Below are positions 1 through 11,075 of a DNA stretch of 64,000 nt, one piece after another. The position numbers and the translations under genes were made by a program. Location: positions 202,120,001 through 202,184,000 of the forward strand of contig OX597815.1 of NCBI GenBank assembly GCA_951406725.2, read 5' to 3'. Under the pieces are notes generated by a model. It was given only the letters and a program-made list of their open reading frames with translations, was not told the origin of the DNA and ran no database searches. Position 1 is the first letter of the stretch; each line of letters opens with the position of its first letter. Origin of the DNA: Octopus vulgaris (lineage: Eukaryota).

Positions 1-545
1 TCCTACATACATTCTTATTTTGAATTTTATTGCAATTTTTTTTCTTCTGTCTATCTGTTATATTGGAGAAGGGCTTAAGCTCCAAACGTGTAGACATTCT
101 ATAAAGGCTAAGCTACTAGTATGACTTCGCCTTAACTTTGGATTTTGATCACTAAATTTTTAGCACACATTTGTGTGCGTGTGTATGCTTGTCTCTCTTC
201 AACAATGCTTATGCCTCAAAAAACTTTAGATAATTATTTGCAAGTGAATGTGAGTGAACATGCGTGTGTGGGAATATATCTGATTTTATTGCACATTTTC
301 GTATGGGTGAAGAAGAGATCTGCCAAGATGACGAAAAAAGGAAAAGATACTAAACTAAATATTGAAGAATTTGTAATGAAATTGTTGAAGTTAGTAGAGA
401 CCCCTCAGTGAAACTCACTACTGCCTCCTTGACGACGTTAGATTAGGAACAAAATACTTTCATTTTATCATAAAACAGTACAGAAACTCAGATTGATATG
501 ACATCACTACACAAGGATAAATGAATGATACTTTCGTATGGTATG

Positions 546-751
546 CTCTTTTACTCTTTTACTTGTTTCAGTCATTTGACTGCGGCCATGCTGGAGCACC
601 GCCTTATTCGAGCAAATAGACCCCGGGATTTATTCTTTGTAAGCCCAGTACTTATTCTATCGGTCTCTTTTGCCGAACGGCTAAGTGGCGGGAACGTAAA
701 CACACCAGCGTCGGTTGTCAAGCAATGCTAGGGGACACACACACAGACACA

Positions 752-839
<88 letters not shown>

Positions 840-999
840 TACGACAAGCGTCTTTCAGTTTCCGTCTACCAAATCCACTCACAAGGCATTGGTCGGCCCG
901 GGGCTATAGCAGAAGACACTAGCCCAAGATGCCACGCAGTGGGACTGAACCCGGAACCATGTGGTTGGTAAGCAATCTACTTACCACACAGCCACTCCT
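546..999 (-). mobile_element. tRNA-derived SINE, family A (internal (TA)n(TG)n, (AGAGTAAA)n tail), full length
   Basis: Minus strand starts AGGAGTGGCTGTGTGGTAAG (A box) ... GGGTTCAGTCCC (B box), then an internal microsatellite, and ends ...CAAATGACTGAAACAAGTAAAAGAGTAAAAGAG. The same sequence recurs about 9 times in the window. Confidence 0.9.
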
Positions 1000-1446
1000 A
1001 TGTACTTATTCTATGATAAACTCAATATCTACATTCATATATCGAGCTGATGAATAGAAGGGTTTTGTTAATTTGATTCTACCTATATTTCCTGTCTGAG
1101 ATAAGTAAGCCATTCCCTGAAAGTGTTTTTAGTTTCGATACGTAAATTCTAACACATGTGCACTTGGAACATAAAACAATTATTCCAAGAAACATACAAA
1201 AGTGTTAAATATATTAATACAGTGTTTTTCTCATATTCTTTCGTTTTCTAATTTATTCATGTCCTGGAGCTAAGGTAAGAGTAGCAGCAATTAATGTGTA
1301 ATTTTTCTTATCAGAATTGTATATCGTCTGTAACAGAGAAAACGATTCTCATTTTATTGTATATTTTATGTTAACACAATAAAACATTCTGCAAAAATAG
1401 CAGTCAATTACATTTACAAAATTAATAACAGATACAATAACGATAC

Positions 1447-1630
1447 AGAATTTTGGCAGAAGGCCAGCGTATTTTGCGGAGAAGAGGCTTGTCAATTACT
1501 GGTACTTATTTTACAGACCCCGAAAGAAATGAAAAGCGGAGTCGGCGACGGCGGGTTCTTAAACTCAAAACGTAAAGACAGATGAAATGCCGCTAAGCAT
1601 TTTTTTCTGGCGGCTAAGTGCTCACCGACT
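1447..1630 (-). mobile_element. SINE family B' (CCTTTCATCCTTTCGGGGTCGATAAA core, GGCCTTGTGCCAAAATT tail), diverged
   Basis: Matches the copies at 16968-17181 and 49068-49246 (ACTGGTACTTATTTT..GACCCCGAAAG..ATGAAA..AACTCA.AACGTAAAGAC). Confidence 0.75.
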
Positions 1631-1649
1631 TAAAAACGTTTTTTTTAAA

Positions 1650-1793
1650 TTTGAAACAAGACATGCAAATTCAGGGGACTTCGATCCCTGTGATCAACTA
1701 GAACTTATTTTATCGTTCCCGAAAAGATGGAAGGCAAAGTGGATTCCGAGGGCATTTGCACTCAGAACATAAAGACGGACCATATACCACTAA
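1650..1793 (-). mobile_element. Second, more degraded family B' SINE in tandem
   Basis: TTATTTTATCGTTCCCGAAAAGATGGAAGGCAAAGT...GCACTCAGAACATAAAGACGGAC. Confidence 0.65.
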
Positions 1794-2165
1794 GTATTAA
1801 CAAGAGATAAAATATTACGAGACGATAGTATCTTGTTACTGTTCATTGTTATAATTTCCTTTTTTTCTGAGTTAAGAAAAGTTTCGGAAAACGAAGCGTG
1901 CATCCACCTCAATATGATGAATATATTTCAAAAGCACAGCAGGAAGGAAATAAGGACTTAAAATTGCAAGCAATTACACTTACAAACTGAAACATCGTTT
2001 GCTTATTAGTTCAGCAGTAAATAAAAATGTGCTCACTGTCGGTGGATTTAAACGAGTATACTTTGGCAAAGTATATGGCAAATTATATTATATCAATCAA
2101 ATCTGCAGTTGACAGCATTGATCATAAAACAACTATTTTAGTTGGTGTTGTAGACAAATAAGTAC

Positions 2166-2168
<3 letters not shown>

Positions 2169-2241
<73 letters not shown>
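2169..2241. repeat. (TA)n(GA)n compound microsatellite
   Basis: Seen directly in the sequence. Confidence 0.95.
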
Positions 2242-2244
<3 letters not shown>

Positions 2245-4160
2245 AGCATAAAGACCGCCCTCTGGGAAGTTTTCTGTCAGCCCCTTCACATTTCATTTTC
2301 AATCCTTTTCATATTTTACGTCTAATTATTTCTTTACATAATAGTGCTCATTTGCTCAGTAAATATTGTTTTCATTATTTTATCACTGTTAGAATGTTTC
2401 TCTTTGAAACAAACAACACGGTAGTCCAGCAGAAGGGAGAGAAAAGCAATTTGTCAAGTTTTACATTCCCCTGAAAACAATATAAAGATTACAATTCGGC
2501 AGCCCACCTGTATGTTTTGCAGTATGTGTGTGCGAGAGAGAGAGGTGGGGGAGAGAGAATATTGCAATTAATGAATGAAATAAACATGAAATGAAAAAGT
2601 CGTATAAATAAAAGTGCATTACTACAGATGTATACGCCCCCGATTGTGTTACATCATAACATCCAGAAACATGGATATCTTTTAACAAAAATTTCTACAA
2701 ATACCGCTTAGATGTTGTGGCTTCAGAGTATAGAGGAATTTATGGGACAGGATTTTTCTGAGGGGATTGAGAAAGGAGTTTCAGAAAATTTACACGGTCT
2801 GACTTTTTCCCTCATAACTTTCAGGAAAATGGGTACCTTTTAATGAAATTTTATACAAATCCTCTCTAAATGACATAGATTATTATTTTAAAGAAATTTG
2901 TGTGGGGATATTTTTCAGGGATGTTCCCCACTCTTCTGTCAAAGATGGGGTTGGGGAGCATCTTTCTATGAAAAAGTTTTGAAAACTCTTTGTTTTAACC
3001 CCCACCCCCTCATTATCCAACTCCTATTTTGGCCAGTTTTTATTTTTTGCACCTCAAAACCATGATGAGTCATTGTCGGTAATTTTGTTTTTAAATGTTA
3101 ATATATTCGGAGGGAAAGTGAGTGGTTTAAGGGCGATTTGGCTGCTGCTTCTAGCACATCCAAAGACAATCCTCCTCGTCTCTGTATCACACTCGCATGT
3201 ATTGATGTTTTTCAATATTTCCCCCAAAAAATACATTATATGCTATAAAAAGGAAAAATTTGATAAATTATGGATTTTTTGCAATCCCACGCCCTGCTCC
3301 ACATTGTTTCTGTTTAGAAATTAAAATATTGTAGAGCCTGAAAATGTCATTGCTGGCATTTATCCACAGAGACATTTAACAAATACGGAGATGTACTTAC
3401 ATAGCAAGTGACTTAATCTGAGATTGTGTTCTGAAACCAAGTTTTGTCAGCGAGCATTTCACGGTTTGAAAGCGACGACGGGGGTAAAAATTTAGATTAC
3501 AATTTATTTTGTATTTTTTTCCACCAATGTACTATGCGTGTGTTATTTCGGCATCATTGATCCATAAAATGTGTTTAATGGGAGAAAAATATTGAAAAAA
3601 TCCTCAATACACGTGAAAGTGAAAAGGGAAAACGCAGGTTTGGCTTTTGTTAGTAACAACAGCGAGACCTCCCTGAATTGATTACCATATCTTCTGAAAA
3701 TATTTACAATTTGTTTCTTACGTTTTATCTTTACCGAAATGGCTCCTCCTTTGGTTTTTAAGTTAAAAATGAAAATGGCCACAGGTGGTCTGGATGGTTT
3801 TTATTGTAAGGCTTACAGCGCTCGAAACAGCCATAACAACAAAATCACTTTAATTTTTTTTTTACAAAAATTATACGAGTTTTTTTTTTAATTCATTCAA
3901 TAAATAATCTTTTTACATTACGTATAGATTAATAGAATAAACTGTCGGTTTTCAAAATAGTGAATTATAAATTGGAATGAAAACATTAAAAGAGAAAATG
4001 AGACTCCAATTAAAAATTCCGCAGTGGATGCAATGAATAATCAAATTTGCGAGAAAATGCAATTTAAAAAAATTCAAGAAGCTTGAGAAATCCAAATTAT
4101 AAGAAATTTCTTAGAACATGAATTTATAACAGCATTTCCTGACGGACAACCCTTTAGTAG
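2242..4160. mobile_element. Possible non-autonomous Helitron/Helentron-like or other DNA-element remnant(s)
   Basis: Starts ACTAGCATAAAGACCGCCCTC right after a microsatellite and ends ...CCTGACGGACAACCCTTTAGT. ACTA/TAGT-type ends resemble invertebrate Helentron-associated elements. No coding evidence; boundaries are tentative. Confidence 0.3.
3387..3480 (+). mobile_element. Internally deleted copy of the foldback element at 4237-4526
   Basis: GGAGATGTACTTACATAGCAAGTGACTTAATCTGAGATTGTG approximates the reverse complement of 4480-4525. Confidence 0.7.
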
Positions 4161-4236
4161 TTGCTTTCCTTTAGTACTTTTAGTATTTGTTATATACCTT
4201 ATTAATAAGCAGCTTTCTCCATTATAGTATATATAT

Positions 4237-4522
4237 AATTGAAGCGTGGAAGGTGTTTATAAGCCATTTAAAACATACAAAAACCGTTATATTCACTTCA
4301 ACATTTAAATTTAATTTGCCAAAATATATTCGTTACTTTGAGACCGCGAATAGGTGGCCGTCTCAAAGCGACGAATATATTTTGGCAAATTATATTTAAA
4401 TGTTGAAGTGAATATAACGTTTGTTGTGTGTCTTAAATGGCTTATAATCAGGTTCCGCGCTGCAACTGTTTTCGTTCCAGCACAAGATCTCAGATCAGAT
4501 AACTTGCTATGCAAGTACATCT

Positions 4523-4526
<4 letters not shown>
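4237..4526. mobile_element. Foldback/palindromic non-autonomous element (~110-bp arms)
   Basis: 4237-4344 pairs with ~4360-4467 (e.g. ATATTCACTTCAACATTTAAAT / ATTTAAATGTTGAAGTGAATAT) around a short spacer; flanked by (TA)n. Confidence 0.8.
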
Positions 4527-4601
<75 letters not shown>

Positions 4602-4760
4602 CACAGAGGGAAAAAGAGAAGAAAAAAGAATGATAGATGAATAGAAAAATAGATAGATAGATATATAGATAGATAGATAGATAGGAAGGTAGGTAGGTAG
4701 GTAGGTAGATAGGTAGGCAGGTAGGTAGGTTGGTAGGAAGGCAGGTAGGTAGGTAAATAT
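4527..4760. repeat. (TA)n plus (TAGA)n/(TAGG)n microsatellites
   Basis: Seen directly in the sequence. Confidence 0.9.
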
Positions 4761-5780
4761 AGACAAGAAAGTACATTTCCAAAAGTGAGATGTGAGAATG
4801 TGAGAGTTAATGAAATGGAATATAAGAATTGTAAAGATTGAGGTAATATTCGCATTCCGAACTCGTAAAACCATCACCACCGACTTTTAACCAAACAGAC
4901 CCATGTGTTGGAGGGTGGTTGCTTGAGAAGTAGGGACCCACCAAAAATTGGCAGACGCAGCACATGCTTCTATTTTTCTATTAGTTTAAAATTCAAGTAA
5001 AATCCCCAAAAAATATAAAGTTTAACTCTCATATTTATCGATCTATTTACTAAATTAATTTGTGAACAAATAATACAGGCTGAATATTATAGCTGTTTAT
5101 GTAAAAAAAAATTAAATCAATGAGAGTATCTATAATCCAAATCAACATCAAGAATTATGAAGTTAATTTATAATAAAATCATAATCTATTACGCACTCTG
5201 CCAAATAATGCTCAGACAATATATCTATTGTAATTAATCATATTCTTTAATGTAGTTGAAGGATGGCTACAAAATATATATTGTACATGTGCCAAAAGTA
5301 AGCTTATGACGAAAGTTGATTTCATAGACGGTCAGAAAATATAATAGGTTGAATTCAGTTTTGGCATTTGACTCCTATTAACCTATTCGTATTGTTATCG
5401 ATATTATTTTTAATATGCTGAGCACCTCAAAATATCTTCTCAGAATATCGTTTTCAAAGAGTGCTCGGCACGAAATATAAGTTTTTTTTTTTCATTTTAT
5501 TTTCTGCTGTCGATTTCATAGATGTTCACTTAATTACATATAGTTTAGGCCTGATATAGTTCGCAGTAAATATTCATCCGGTCAAGTCCTTGAATCCAAA
5601 GTCTGAGGTTCTGACTTAATACAACCTATTCAAAGAAAACTTATAATAAAATGAATATGACTGATGGAAGGTACATCAGAAGAACGTTTTCTAAACTAAA
5701 TACCCATATGGTAGATTATCATTAATACATTTTGTGAATACGTACTTATACGTAACAGTATATACACATTCTTTTATACG

Positions 5781-5995
5781 TTTACTTGTTTCAATCACTA
5801 GACTTTGGCCACGCTGCTGCACCGCTTTGAATAGTTATTAGTCGTATGAATCGACCCAGAGTACTTATTCTAAAGCTTTGTACTTATTCTATCGGTCACT
5901 TATGCCGAGCCGCTAAGAGACGGGGACGTAAAGACACCAACAGCGACTATCGAGCTGTGATGTGAGACTAACACAGACGCAAAGACACACACACA
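5781..5995 (-). mobile_element. SINE family A, 3' half, older and diverged
   Basis: TTTACTTGTTTCAATCA...TACTTATTCTATCGGTC...CGGGGACGTAAA. Confidence 0.75.
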
Positions 5996-6123
5996 CGCAC
6001 ACACCCGAAAGTGTATATGTGTGTGTGTGCGCGCGCGTGTTTGCGCCCGTGCTCATAGACACGTGACACCATCCAATGCGATTTACAGATCTAACACAGG
6101 GTTGATTATACGTGTGGCATTTA

Positions 6124-6325
6124 TATCAAATAACAACATAACTGGATTTATAGTTTCAAACAAAGCGGACCGCTGAGAGCTTTCTACCAAACTTTAAACT
6201 CACCCGAAGAGAGCGGATTTTTTTTTAATGATACAGTCGAACTTAACCATCTGTTCCACAATAAAGAAATGCTTCTGCAACAGCTTTTGTGAACTTATAA
6301 AATCCAGTTATGCTCATATTTGATA
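6124..6325. mobile_element. Small MITE-like element (~43-bp imperfect TIRs)
   Basis: TATCAAATAACAACATAACTGGATTTATAGTTTCAAACAAAGC matches the reverse complement of 6283-6325 (TATCAAATATGAGCATAACTGGATTTTATAAGTTCACAAAAGC). Confidence 0.6.
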
Positions 6326-6449
6326 AACACACATACACTCACACTCACACGCACACACATACATGCATGCAGGCATGCACACGCACATACTCACATACAC
6401 ACGCGCACACACACACACACACGCATATACACGCATACACAGACATATA

Positions 6450-7733
6450 TCAGGTCATCCCATAAGATCTGTCCGAATATTGAATAAAGAAAACAAGTGA
6501 TCAAATGTTATATTTAATTGAAATTTAATCATCAATGTACTTTCCCTGATTATCTATGACTTCCTTCCATCTATTTACAAGCATTTTAATCCCATCAATG
6601 TAAAACTCTTTTGGTTTCAAAGCGAAGAACTCTGAAATGTCAGTTTCGATTTCCTCCTGGCTTGCGAAAGTTATGTCCCCAAAAGATTCTGTAAATTACG
6701 AAACAAATCATAGTGTGAAGGAGCAAGGTCGGAGAATAAGGTGGATGAGGAATTTTTTCCCAACCATGCTCTTCGATCTTCTGTGATGTGATCTTTGCAG
6801 TGTGGGGTCACGCATTTTTCTGATGAAACATCACTATTTTCGATTCACTAAAGCGGGGTTTTTTTCTTCAAATCTTGGTTCAAACGCTCTAATTGCTGAC
6901 AGTAGACTTGAGCATTGATTGTTGCATTAGGTGGTAACAATTCAAAGTGAATTACTCCTTTGCAATCCCACCAGATAGAGAGAAGAACCGTTTTTTCGTG
7001 AACTTCACTTCTCGGTTGTGGTTGAGCTTTTTCCCTTTAACCAAGCCACTGTTTACTACGTTTAACAATTCGATAGAAGATCCCTCTTTCGTCACCAGTC
7101 ATAAGTCTGTCCAAAATGGGTGAAAGGAATTCGTGAGAATGGAGAGAAGAGAGATGTCAAATCGGGATTCGAGGTCGCTTTCGGACAATTCTTGAGGCAC
7201 CCATTTTCCATGTTTAGGAATCTTTCCAAGTTACTAAAGATGATGATGATCAGTTGTATGGTTTGAACTAAGCTTTATTGCCAATTCTTCAACTGATAAT
7301 GCAGGATTTTCTTCAAGTAATGCTTCAAGGAGCTTATCATCAAACTCAACTGGACGTCTTGTTCGATTTTCGTCTTCAACGCTGAAATCTCCACTTCTGA
7401 ATTTTACAAACCATCTTCTGCAAGTTCTTTCATTCGAGCATTCTATCCCATAAACTGAGTGTATGTTTCGAGTCGCATCGGCTGAAGAGTTTCCTTTTTT
7501 TGTACTCATAAAGCATTAGGTGTCTCAAATGCTCTTTCGATACTTCCATGTTTGAAAGGGATTTAATCAAAGAAATTTTAATTCTATTATTCTGTAAAAT
7601 GATATTTAATTAGTTTAAATGTACACAAATGCAGAAAACTGATTTTTAATTCCATTAGACATTCCAAAATACTATTAAATTTCACTCAATTTTCAAAAAG
7701 GTAAATTCGGACAGAGCGTATGTGATGACCTGA
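6450..7733 (-). mobile_element. Full-length (~1.28 kb) mariner DNA transposon, decayed
   Basis: TIRs TCAGGTCATCCCATAAGATCTGTCCGAAT / ATTCGGACAGAGCGTATGTGATGACCTGA, flanked by TA; contains a transposase pseudogene. Confidence 0.95.
6525..7549 (-). pseudogene. Mariner (Mos1/Hsmar-like) transposase pseudogene with frameshifts and stops
   Basis: N-terminal HTH MEVSKEHLRHLMLYE.KKGNSSADATRNIHSVYG...CRRWFVKFRSGDFSVEDENR; WVPQEL; MTGDER (first catalytic D); C-terminus DNQGKYIDD*. Confidence 0.92.
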
Positions 7734-7759
7734 TATATATATATATATAATATATATAT

Positions 7760-8324
<565 letters not shown>

Positions 8325-9990
8325 TTCAACAAGTTTAGCTCACTTTACTGGTTAGTGAAATAAATAATTTCTAGGTTGGAGTGATAATTTTGTTAATGAC
8401 AACTAGTGAATTTAATTGGCATTTACTCTTTTGTTAGACATCTGTAAAGCAAAGTCTACTCTCCTAGCAATACAAGTTGTTTCCTTTACTCCCTCTCTCT
8501 ATTTATCTATCTCTATCTCTCGTCACTCTTTTCTCTCTCTGGTTGCGATTCTGTTGTAAATACATTATTTCTATAAATATAAATAGAGAAAATGTTTATA
8601 TAAATAAAAGTAAATATTGCTTATTTCCATACTCATCATAGGAGCACGACCCAAATTCCATATCCATTTATATGAATAAGTTAATCGTTTCAATCTCAGA
8701 AAGGAAGGGTTTTACCAACTTTGTGCATCATCTTTAACGCAGAAATATTTGTATAGCAATAAAATATGTTAGGGGAAATTAGATTCTGTATAATCCAAAA
8801 TTGTATAAATCGCATATTTGTGAAAAAAAATTTAACGTAATATTACAGGAGCATGCTGCAGCGCACGAAATTCTAATTGCTTCTTAATACACGTAACCGA
8901 AGCAATCTACAATGCATCAATTTACAAATATTCAGAAATATATATATTTCTTTCTTTTATGTCATACAATGTTGAAAATTTACATGGGATTTAATACAAT
9001 TTATTCTCCAAGTTGTACAAATGAATAATGTTAAGTAAACTCCATGTTTAACTGATGAATTTTGAGACATTCCCGATTGAAATAAAAACAGCTTAAAATT
9101 TCAAATGATTTTATTTCATCCTATACTTGGTGCTCTGCAAATGAATAATGTTATAGTCTTCCATCCATTTCGCGTGTGTTAAATTGATATTTTTCATTTA
9201 ATATTCAATCACAATGCTCGTGTATTAAATCGCAGACGCTTTTTTTTTAATCTTCCACGACATTTATATCTAAATTTACATCTTCACTATATTTGCAGTC
9301 CATTATATTTTTACGCTCTTCCCTCAATTATATACATTCCTTCGATTATACCCACTAATAAATATTTACATTTCAATGTAATAATTTAGAATCAGATAAC
9401 TACCTTAATAGCAAACAAATACTCCTTTACGATACTTCCACAAAAATGCATTGACCTAAATTTTGCACACAATAATATTTGGCTCATATATGGTTGCATT
9501 ATATCATCTCACTTGAATCAATTAATAATTGGTTTAGTTTTTCCTTTCGAAAAAGAGCGATACGCATTAGCTTCCATTATCTTCTGAATAGCTTCTTCTT
9601 AAACAAACATTTCCTATTTGTAGCACCGGATTAAGTCGATCTCACCGTTAATTGTTATCTTCTAGCTATTCACACCAAGTCACGTGCGAATTTATTTGAA
9701 CGAAAACTAAGTAGAATATGATGATCTTCATGTTTTTTAGAGAATTAAATAATGCTTCTGAATCGATTGTCGATTGAGGAGACTTTGAGGATTGTAGAAG
9801 ATATGGAAGAGACAAATTACTCAGTACATTCTCATTTATCCCTGGGTATTTTACTCAAGACTTATGACCAAGAATATTTGTATCACAATACGCATATTCC
9901 CAGAGGTTCGAGTCTGAAAATACCAGCCGTCTTACATGAGAAATTGCCAGTTAATAGCATATTAAACAATTTCTTCGACATAACAATTTT

Positions 9991-10164
9991 GAGTGTCTGT
10001 GTGGTAAGTAGCTTGGTTACGAACCACATGGTTCCGGGTTCAGTCCCACTGCGTGGCACCTTGGGCAAGTGTCTTCTACTATAGCCTCGTGCCGAACAAA
10101 TCCTTGTGAGAGGATTTGGTTGACGGAAACTGACGGACGCCCGTCGTATATATGTATATGTATT

Positions 10165-10224
<60 letters not shown>

Positions 10225-10418
10225 TGTGTTTGTCCCCCCCAACATCCCTTGACAACCGATGCTGGTGTGTTTACGTCCCCGTAACTTAGCGGTTCGGCAA
10301 AAGAGTCCAATAGAATGAGTACTAGGCTTACAAAGAATAAGTCCTGGGGTCGATTTGCTCAACTAAAGGCGGTGCTCCAGCATAGCCGCAGTCAAATGAC
10401 TGAAACAAGTACAAAGGA
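9991..10418 (+). mobile_element. SINE family A
   Basis: GAGTGTCTGTGTGGTAAG...GGGTTCAGTCCC...(TA)n(TG)n...CAAATGACTGAAACAAGTA. Confidence 0.9.
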
Positions 10419-10445
10419 TATATATAAATATATATATATATATAT

Positions 10446-10487
10446 TGAACTGACGATGAGCAATAGACTGAGAAACATATGTCTTCA
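10446..10487 (+). ncRNA. Minimal type-I hammerhead ribozyme motif
   Basis: TGAA-CTGACGA-TGAGCAATAGACTGA-GAAAC-ATAT-GTC-TTCA: stem I TGAA/TTCA, intact CUGANGA and GAAA core, GUC site, palindromic loop III. Stem II is imperfect. Confidence 0.65.
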
Positions 10488-10654
10488 GGTGCTTAGTTCC
10501 CGCTGGCGGAGGTGATTGCCTCCCTTTTGCAAATATAAGGTACATAGAAAATGTGTCAAAGCCGACAGGAGACGTCGATATTTCCTAGGGCTAAATGGCG
10601 GTGGTGTAATTCTCTCACGGGACTGTCGCATTGAGTTGACAGTATACGACCACC

Positions 10655-10655
<1 letters not shown>
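10446..10655 (+). mobile_element. Single-arm relative of the hammerhead hairpin element at 36749-37249
   Basis: Hammerhead followed by ...ACATAGAAAATGTGTCAAAGCCGACAGGAGACG..TTCCTAGGGCTAAA, which parallels ...ACACAGGATGTGTGTCGTTAGCCAGTTGGAAGAG..TTCCTGGACCTATAAA of the right arm. Confidence 0.55.
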
Positions 10656-10711
<56 letters not shown>

Positions 10712-10864
10712 CATATTATCTCTCGTTTTCCTTTTTTGATTTTGTTTTTTGAAAATGGCCCATTCCAGATCTGGGTTCACTAAGGGAGCAAATTACAAAT
10801 GAGATGTATCGAATGAAAACTTTATTCGCTCAGGAGATTTGTTGGAATAATTAGTAAGTGTTAC

Positions 10865-11075
10865 AAATTTTGTCATAAGCCCAGTATGTTTCGGTGGAGG
10901 ACTTATGTCAATTACATCGATCTCCGTGCTCAACTGTTACAAGGTGGAGGACCTATGTCAATTACATCGATCTCCATGCTCAACTGATACTTATTTTATC
11001 GTCTCTGAAGAATAAAAAGCAACTTTGACCTCGTTAGAATTTAAATTCAGAACATAGCGACTCCGCTTGCCCGCC
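10865..11075 (-). mobile_element. Degraded family B' SINE with an internal 49-bp tandem duplication
   Basis: GGTGGAGGAC(T/C)TATGTCAATTACATCGATCTCC(G/A)TGCTCAACTG occurs twice, followed by TACTTATTTTATCG...TTCAGAAC. Confidence 0.7.

Noticed and set aside
62-100. TTGGAGAAGGGCTTAAGCTCCAAACGTG, a hammerhead-like PLE end
   Set aside because: Both core boxes are mutated and there is no stem I; at best a relic.
9752-10084. 110-aa ORF
   Set aside because: The C-terminal third is SINE sequence and the rest has no recognisable motif.
10894-10990. 49-bp direct repeat; also a 21-bp repeat at 45825-45877 and a 30-bp repeat at 59951-60035
   Set aside because: Local tandem duplications of 2-3 units with no spacer array and no cas genes; not CRISPR.
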